From the NCBI RefSeq assembly GCF_009914755.1, contig NC_060927.1: 64,000 nucleotides of DNA; one strand, 5' to 3'. The notes beneath the pieces were generated by a model. That model was not told the DNA's origin, made no database searches, and worked only from the letters and a program-made list of their open reading frames with translations. The translations under genes and the position numbers were made by a program. This DNA comes from the human T2T-CHM13v2.0 reference genome, Homo sapiens. The first letter of the stretch is position 1. Each line of letters opens with the position of its first letter. Of this stretch, positions 55,572 through 64,000 are shown one piece after another.

Positions 55572-55993
55572 CTAGATAAGCTATTCTTTAACAGTTAGAA
55601 ATTTTATATCAGTTCCCTTTTCCTTTGGACTAATGTTTTCATTTCACTCCTTTCACATTTTTTTCTAATGTAATAAACTTACTGCTTTACGGTCTTTTAT
55701 TCAGCATTCTATAATGCTTCTGTGCAAAACACATATTATACAAGATAAAATTTCAAAATTTCAAAATTTCTTGTGATTGAGTCATCATTATAATTATTAG
55801 TACTTTAACTTGATAAAACAACATAAATATACTGTATTTAAAACCTAGTTATTAAACATAAGTTCTAAAATTTTAAAAATCAGGACCATATATTTTCGTA
55901 AGATGAAAATAGCTCTTTTTTTCTATTACTACACATTTTTGTCAATAAATGCTAGTTAAACTCAGAACAAGACAGGACTAAGCATGAGTTTAA

Positions 55994-56276
55994 TTTCTTT
56001 TCTTTCTGTTTTTTTTTTGAGATAGGGTTTTATTTTGTCACATAGGCTCACTGCAACCCCTAACTCCTGGGCTCAAGGGATCCTCCCCCTCAGCCTCCTG
56101 AGTAGCTAGGACTACAGGTGCATGTCACTATGTCTGGCTAATTTTTTTAAATTTTTTTTAAGAGACAGAGTCTTGCTGTGTTGCCCAGGCTGGCCTCAAA
56201 TTCTTGGCCTTATGTGATCCTCCCTCCTTGGCCTCCCAGACCACAGGGATTACAGATGTGAGCCACTGAGCCTGGC
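55994..56276 (-). mobile_element. AluJ
   Basis: Diverged dimer. Confidence 0.85.
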
Positions 56277-56575
56277 TTTATCTTTTGTTTTTATATAGAA
56301 AAGCACTGATAAGTTTCATTCATATAAATAGATTTAAAAAAAGGAGTTTTCAAAAGACCATTGTTACTTGATTTTTTGAAAACTTGAATTACAAGCTAAA
56401 AGCTATATTTTGATCTATCAACCAAAATTATTTTTAAGGATCTAGTAGTAGTCAGTTCCATTAAATCCTCCTTTCATTTTATTAAAAGCAAAGAATGGAA
56501 AACCACCTGAGTTACAAAAAGTTTGTAGATTAGTAAACATTTACTTCCTTGCTCTCGTCCTGCAATCCCCTGTCA

Positions 56576-56675
56576 ATGTAAAATATCAATGTATTTGTAA
56601 TTTTACATTTACATTTGTAAATTTGTAAATGTAAAATTACAAATGTGAAATTACAAATACATTGATATTTTACAT
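56576..56675. repeat. AT-rich inverted repeat (palindrome)
   Basis: 35-bp arms at 56576-56610 and 56641-56675 with 1 mismatch. Confidence 0.92.
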
Positions 56676-56704
56676 CATCTCTTGCTTGTGTTCTAGTTGA
56701 TCAG

Positions 56705-57261
56705 AGTGGCAGGCTGGCTCTAAGATGGCCCCCAGTGATCCCCTCCTCCTAGTATTTATGCCCTTGTGCAGTTCCCTCCCTTAGGTGTGGGCTGGCTCAT
56801 TGACTTGCTTCTCACCAACAGAATACAGCAAAAGTGAGAAGATGGACCATGATAAGGTTATGTAAGATCATGACTTATTTCTCTCTCTCTTTATTTCTCT
56901 CTGACAATTATCTTGTCATATTGGGGAGGCCTATGTGGCAAGGAACTGACCTTGCCTCCAACCAACAGTCACCAAGGTACTGAGATTCTTAGTCCAACAA
57001 CACTTAAGAAGCTGAATCTTGCCAACAATCATGAAAGCAAGCTTGGAAATGGATTCTTTTTCAGTCAGTTCATCATATGAGGCCCCAGCTCACCCTGGAG
57101 AATATGGTGATTGCGACCTCATGGAAACTGAAGCCAAGGGCCTAGTTAAGCCATGCCTAGATTCCTGACCTGTAGGAATTGTAAGATAATAAATATGTGT
57201 TGTTTTAAGCTGCTAAATCTTGAGGTAATTTGTTTCACAGCAAAAGTAGACAACTAATACA
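56705..57261 (+). mobile_element. MLT1-family LTR (MaLR)
   Basis: aagatggcccccagtgatccc...; taataaatatgtgttgttttaagctgctaaat...aactaataca. Confidence 0.8.
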
Positions 57262-57269
57262 GAAGGAAA

Positions 57270-58090
57270 TGCAAATAATCAAATAAAAAATTAGTTATTA
57301 AAATAGGAAAGGAGGATAGAAAACTATCACTATTTCTAGATGATACTAGGAAAACCAATACTATCAACTGAAACCTATGTACTACCAACAATAAAAAGAG
57401 TTCAGAGTAAGATAGATGCAAAATTAATATACAGAAATCAATAGCTTTTAAGTTGACAAATAATTTCATATAAAATAAAATAAAAATATACACTATAAAA
57501 CCATTTATAGTAGCAACAAAATAAAATGCCTACAAATAAATTAAAAATAAAAATAAAATAAAATGCCTACAAATAAATTTAACAAAAATTGTTTAAGAAG
57601 TATATGAAGAACATTTGAAAAGTACTCTTTTTGGGAACAAAAGAAGACCTGAACAAATGAAAAGATATATTTATTGATAGAAATATTGACATCATAAAGA
57701 TGTAAATCCTACCTTTGTGAAGTTATTCCTTCTATTTGATTCCAATAATAGAGGTAAATATGCCTTAGCAAAATAAAATTGCTACATTTTATTTATGGTG
57801 GCAGTGTAAGTTGATACAGTCATTATTGAGAGATTTTGGCTATAACAATTAAAATTACAAATACATATGGATTCATCAACTGCACTTTGTATTCATCAGT
57901 TACATTTTTGGGAAATCTGTATGTACAAGATATTCATTACAAGATGTTTGAAATAGCAAAAGACTGAAAATAACCCAAATGTTCATCAATAGGAATCTGG
58001 TTAAATGAAGTACAAAAAAAAAAAGAAAAAGAAAAAGAAAATCTCCAGAAATAAATAAAATTAAAGCAAATATAAAACACCACAAAAGAT
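57270..58090 (+). mobile_element. L1M fragment
   Basis: aattaatatacagaaatcaatagc..., aaataacccaaatgttcatcaatagg. Confidence 0.65.
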
Positions 58091-58097
58091 AATTGTC

Positions 58098-58247
58098 AGC
58101 CAGGCACAGCGGCTCACGCCTGTAATCCCAGCACTTTGGGAGGCCAAGGCAGGTGGATCACAAGGTCAGGAGTTTGAGACCAGCCTGGCCAACATGGGGA
58201 AACCCTGTCTCTACAGGTGTAGTGGTGGATGCCTGTAATCCCAGCTA
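58098..58247 (+). mobile_element. Truncated, internally deleted Alu
   Basis: Left monomer joined to part of the right monomer; no tail. Confidence 0.85.
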
Positions 58248-58375
58248 TGAATGTGATTTCAAAAACAGTGAAATGTACTGACATTTGCTGATTACCATAA
58301 CCTTAGTAGCCAAGTGTGATTTGGAAGAGAAATATTAGAAACTAAAAGATCCCTTAGTAAATGAACATTGAGGAG

Positions 58376-58410
<35 letters not shown>

Positions 58411-58448
58411 TATATATACGTATATATATACGCATATATATATATATA
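58376..58448. repeat. (TA)n microsatellite
   Basis: Direct inspection. Confidence 0.9.
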
Positions 58449-58939
58449 AAATCTCCCAAAATAAAGCTAGATTTATTTACAGGTTGCAAATGAAATCATA
58501 AAAACTGAATATTATCTTACAAAGGCTTTCTTTTTTATATTATAAAGCAGGATTCTAAGAGCAACTACCCAAAGCCATAGACATCATTGCTGGGAGCATT
58601 CAGAACAAGTGAAGACCTAGAGCACACAAATGCGAAAGAAAACAGCCCTATCCTGCTCCTGCTGCTTGGAACATGTGTGATGTCCCTGTATCCCAGGGAG
58701 GATACGTAATCTTCTTCTTGGTATTCCAGCTATATGTGCAGCTCTTACACCATTCTCAGGTAGATGAAGTGAAGGGAACAGCTATTTAGGGTACTGAGAT
58801 GATAGGATACCTCTAGTCCTAACCCTTCAGCTTATTTGGTTATTTCTGCAGATTATGTAGCATGAGGCTCCTAATCTACTTCCTATGGGCTGTGAACTTT
58901 CCATTTTTTTTTTAATCAATAGTGGGCAACTTTCAGGGT

Positions 58940-59175
58940 GGTGCTGAGACTATGTGGGCTTTAGAAGCGAGAGGTTGAGGGACTGGTCTCAGCACCATCA
59001 CTTTCAGCTGTGAGATGTTGAACACATCACTTAACTGATGTGACCCTCAGTTTCCTCTTCTGTGTAATGAAAACATTCTCTGCTCAAAAGGATGGTTTGA
59101 AGAATTAGAAGTAATGAATGTAAGATGCTTAGCACAGGCCCTGACATCTAGTAGGTACACAACAAATGATAACCA
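58940..59175 (+). mobile_element. MIR
   Basis: cctcagtttcctcttctgtgtaatg...tgcttagcacagg. Confidence 0.7.
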
Positions 59176-60137
59176 GATAATTATTTATGCATTCATTAAT
59201 TTATATAACAATGTTTATAGAGCACCTGCTCTGTGGAAGGGCTTTGGAGGGCAAAGATTACTAAGATATGCCTCTTGACATATCTTACTAATATGAAATG
59301 ACATTTAGTGATATGACTCAAGGGCATGAAGCTACTTTGTGGCATGACTGAAGTGCACACCTCCCCCCTTTCCCATTCCACCAGCTTTGGAATGGGAAAA
59401 TTTCATTTTAGTTGGGGAAATATAACAACAGTTTCACACAGACTGTTGAGATCCAATCCCCTATTTGTACAGTGGTGGGGTACATTCAATGTCCATCCAA
59501 TGGGAGAAAGTCATTTGTTTGAAACAAAAATCCCAGCTTTCAGCCTCAGATTATTTACATTCTACTCTAGTCTATTTTGCCAAGTCAGCTAGAAAATAGC
59601 CATTGGGTAGCACCTTTTGAATTGAAGATCATCAATAGCCTTTGTGGTTAGAGAAATAACTGGTTAGACGTGCTGTCTTGCTGGATTGTGGCACAGAATG
59701 ACTCAGAGTGATATTGTGGTTGTAATGAAAAAGGCAAAATGTTAGAAGCAGTTACAATCTGTGGGTATTAGATTATGAATCTGTGTGTTGAGCTTAGGAT
59801 ATTTGCTCTATCTTTCAGAATTGCTGTGAGGATAAAATCAAAGGTGATGGTAAATGTGAAATGTAAAATGCAATACCAGTAGAGTAGATATTACTTTTAT
59901 TGAATACATTTACTATTTTATATCATTGTATATGACACTTTTTAAGATCAGTGATCAAAGATCTAAATTTTTTTTGTTCTTCACTGTCAGGGTGACTTGA
60001 CAACTAATTAGTTGAAACCATCCATAATGGTAGATAGACTGAAGCTGCACGAACTACCGTATACTCTTACTGACTGTAATAGCAGGATCTAAACATTAAA
60101 AAAAATTTATGTTTTCTTTAAACTCCTTGAAAGCAAG

Positions 60138-60185
60138 TGTATTAGTTAGGGGTCTCCAGAGAAACAGAACCAATTGGACGTGTGC

Positions 60186-60221
<36 letters not shown>

Positions 60222-60708
60222 AGAGAGAGAGAGAGAGATTTATTAAAAGGAATTGGTTCATATGATTTTGAATGTGAAGTTTCAAGATCTGCATTTGGCA
60301 AGCTAGAGACCCAGGAAAGCCAATGGTGTAGTTCTAGTCGGAATCTGAAGGCCTGAGAACTGGAAGAGTTGATGGTGTCAGTTCTGGTCCAAAAGCCAGT
60401 AGTCTTGAGACCCCAAAAAAGACGATGTTTCAGTTCCAGTTAAAAGGTAGCTGATGTCTTAGTTCAAGGCAGTCAGGCTGGACGAGTTCTCTCTTGTTTT
60501 CAGGATCGTCAACTCTTTTGTTCTAGTTTGGCCTTCAACTGATGAAATGAGGCCCATCCACATTAGGACAATCTGCTCTGCTCAGTCTATAGACTCAAAT
60601 GCTAATCTCATCCAGAAACTTCCTCATAAAAACACCCAGAAAAATGTTTCACCAAATTTCTGGGCACCCCATGACCCAGTCAAGTTCACATGTAAAATTA
60701 ACCACATC
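60138..60708 (-). mobile_element. MLT2-family LTR (ERVL) with internal (TG)n(AG)n
   Basis: tgtattagttaggggtctccagagaaacagaaccaa...cccagtcaagttcacatgtaaaattaacca. Confidence 0.85.
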
Positions 60709-63676
60709 AATTAAGTTTTATTTTCACTTCTACTGATGTGATTTTTCAGAGGTGGGAATACTATGATTTTTCTAGAAACTATAGACTGAGTGAGATACAA
60801 ATGGTCCACTTGTAAAGATCAATAATGACCCATGAAGCAGTAAAAACAATAAAAAAATAGCCCTTTCTAGTTTTAAATGAACAACGGTTATTTTATTTCC
60901 CTAAGGATTTGCTGTCAAAATAAACAGCCATTAGAGGGAGCTCTGGTTGCAGTTTAAAAACAAAATTAACCTCTGTGAATTGACAATGTTTACTTGGAAT
61001 GCCAAGTGTCCGTGTTTTAATAGAGACACAGAAATTATTTTCTTTAAACCAAAAAGTATGAAGTATCCTTTAACAACACCATTTTGTATATCTGAACTCA
61101 GTAGAAACCAAATGTGCTTCGTGGAATACAAGAGCTGAATGATACAGAGACAAAGCTGGTGGAAGGCAAAAGGCAGGGGTGTGCATTTCAGCCACGCCAC
61201 GAAAGTGGCTTCATGCCCTTGAGTCAATTGCTTGCTCTCTCTCCTAGTCTATTTCCTCTCCAGAACAATGAAGGTAACAGAGATTAGAATTTATCACATT
61301 GGAGCCCGCGGACATTTCCTAGGGACTGGAGAATTCTAGGAGAATTTAAAAATTTTTTAATTTTCTTTTTTCAAAGGCAACCATCTTGAGAATGTTACAT
61401 TCTCAAAAGCTGATGGTCCGAAAAGGATTATTTTAACCATATTCTCAGTCATGTGGATAATATACTCAAAACCAGCACCTGCCATGAGGTTTCAGGGCTG
61501 TGCTGGCATTTGTGTTGACAGTTATATTGGTACCAAGTGATCCCTGTCTTGAAGTGACAGCATTGAAGTTTTAATGTGTTGCTAAGTCTTTCTGGCTGAC
61601 ATTAGGTTGGTGTTGTCAAAATGACAACAGTTGACTTATCATTACCATTGTACTCATAAAGACAAATTTTCTCTTCAGCAGGGATAACATGCAACTGAAA
61701 GCATTGTTACAGAATAAGGTTTTAGAAACAAGTCATTTTGCAAACTGAGGTTCTGATTTGACGTAATGAAAATTACTGCAGTGGAAGAATGTACTTGGTG
61801 CTTTCATTTCCTGGGCTTGAGAAGGGAACAGAACAATAATGCATAACTAGTAATTCGCACGTGCAAATGAAAGCTGCATGACAATATAGTGTGCCGAATA
61901 AGCCACGCTGTGGTGGTTTGGAAAGAGAAAAGAGGTAGTAGATTGAGCCCTCACCTAAATGATGGACAAGCTGAACTCGAAAGACCTGGATCACAGCAGG
62001 CAGAAATATACCAATGGAAAGTAAAAGGCTTGTGCAGATCCTGTTTGTGTGCTATCAACTCCAAACAGTTTAGCAGCAGTAGCTGTGAAGATTTTTCAAT
62101 ACATTCTCATTATTTCTGACTGTACAGTTTTATTGATTTGTTCATCGTAATAATGGATCATTGTTAAATGAAAAAAATAGCAATGACTCAGCATGCTTAA
62201 AAATAAAAATAAGGTAGGTCAACAAGTAAAAAACCAAAACAAAGCAAAACCCCAGCAAATTCATCTTTGTATTATTAAATCAACACCAAGCTTTCAATTT
62301 TAGCAAAACGGCACTATCCATTACATTATACTTGTTAATTTGAATTAAAACAGTTTTGTAGTTTTGCCTCTGGACAATCACTCTGAAAATACATCATATC
62401 CAGGGGAAGGGGCTAGTCAGGCGTTTCACTTCAAGGCTTTTTGTAGGCCACTGAGCAGAAAGAGTGTTAAGACCACAGAGCAGGCACTTCCTGAGGCCAG
62501 CTGGACTCTTAATGGGCTACAAAAAGCCTTAAAGTGAGACACTTGACTAGCTCCCCTAATGATAAAACTTTTTAGAACCTGCTAAATGCTAGAAAAAGAG
62601 GAAATACTGGGGTCAGCAAGAAAGTTCTACAAAATGGTTAATCCATTTACAGATCACTGGGAATGGTTTGTGTTATGCTAACTTGGCAGTCTGGTATTTT
62701 TTTGCGAAAGTACATGATTCCGTAGACAACAGTGGAAGATGTTTTGTGGGCAGACATAGCTTTGTGCTCCTTTTGCTAGCTTAGCCTTAACTCAACAAAG
62801 TCTTGATACACACAGACATATTAAGAAAAGGATATGCAGGAAGGTGTTAAGCAAAACCTTTGAATTAGAGAAAAAGCTTTGCACCCCTCCCCCACTCTCA
62901 AGTGTGGTCATGGTTTGAGACTGAAAATGAGAGGACAAGTGTAGTGGGCCACAGTTTACTGGGACTTCCTATGTGCAGTGACATTTACATTTTAAGAGAG
63001 GGTCCCTTTCTGCCTTCCACTGCCTTTATTATTTCCCATTCTTAACCTCTTGAGAATTTTTATATTAAATTTTTGCTAAGGGTGGCAGTCAATCCTATCA
63101 AGACAGTGTTTTTGTCTCCTAGAATCTCTACTCTACCCCTCTCAGGAAGAAGTTGGGATTAGGTCTTATCAGCCCTCACCAAGGGATGTCAGCAAGATGG
63201 AACTGGGTCGCTGTGGAGGAAGCACTTGAATAGTAAAAGAAGGAGGAAACCAAGGGAGAAGAAGGCATTGGGTGCCCATTTGAGATAAATTCTGTATGGG
63301 TTGAAGCTGACAAGAGGGGAATAGTAAAGAAAGCTTTGTTCCATCTTCAGGGCTCTGAGAATATTCATTTGATATCAAAACTCTTTGGAACATAATGACA
63401 GAGTTGTGGGAGTGTGGTCTTATTTAAGTTTCACAGCAATACAGTGAGGTAGGGATTATTACTGGTTATTTCTTAAGTTTTAGGAGGAAAGATGAATAAT
63501 GCTTTTTATATGTATTTCTTTTAAAACAAAGGTGTATAAATCATGAGGAGGAAAGACACAAGTTTTAGTAAATTTTCCCATTCCCATTTTAGAGTTGAGG
63601 AAACTGAGCCTCAAAGAGATGAGGTGATTTACTAAAGGTCATACAACTAGCAAGTGACAGGGTGAGACTTCGACCC

Positions 63677-64000
63677 TTATATGCTTTGGCTGTGTCCCCA
63701 CTCAAATCTCATCTTGAATTGTAGCTCCCATAATTCCCACATGTCGTGGGAGGGACCCGGTGGGAGATAATTGAATCATGGGGGTGATTTCCCCCATACT
63801 GTTCTCATGGCAGTGAATGAGTCTCATGAGATCTGATGGTTTTATAAGGGGTTTCCCCTTTAGTTTGGCTCTCTTTCTGTCTTGTCTGCGGCCTTTTGCC
63901 TTCTGCCATAATTGTGAGGCCTCCCCAGCCATGTGGAACTGTGAGTCCATTAAACCTCTTTTTCTTTATAAGTTATCCAGTCTTGTGTATGTCTTTATCA
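63677..64000 (+). mobile_element. THE1-family LTR, running off the window end
   Basis: atatgctttggctgtgtccccactcaaatctcatcttgaattgtagctcccataat. Confidence 0.9.

Overview
Primate (very likely human) genomic DNA, repeat-rich and non-bacterial. The only well-supported protein-coding gene is MOBP (myelin-associated oligodendrocyte basic protein), on the + strand. Its promoter and first exons are not visible and probably lie upstream of the window. The common coding exon (20993-21202, ATG 20997) can be joined in four ways: (i) to 21462-21807, giving the 183-aa isoform with four identical PRSPPRSERQ repeats; (ii) to an in-frame upstream acceptor at 21390 (+24 aa); (iii) to a distal last exon at 32323, giving the 81-aa isoform with a ~2.6 kb 3'UTR; or (iv) by reading into the intron, giving 69 aa. 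The rest is intron and downstream flank filled with Alu, L1, L2, MIR, LTR (MER57, MST, THE1, MLT) and DNA-transposon relics; almost all ORFs in the supplied track are spurious. Best unexplained observations: a very degraded, intronless MIA3/TANGO1-like retrocopy antisense at ~36.8-38.7 kb; a candidate in-frame 18-nt MOBP microexon at 23620-23637 flanked by QKI motifs; stop codons embedded in MOBP splice donors; an L2-derived poly(A) signal; a (GT)21 tract in the 3'UTR; a 95-bp templated duplication fused to an Alu; and a ~100-bp AT-rich palindrome. I found no convincing wholly new biological system. Repeat family names and protein comparisons come from memory, not from searches.
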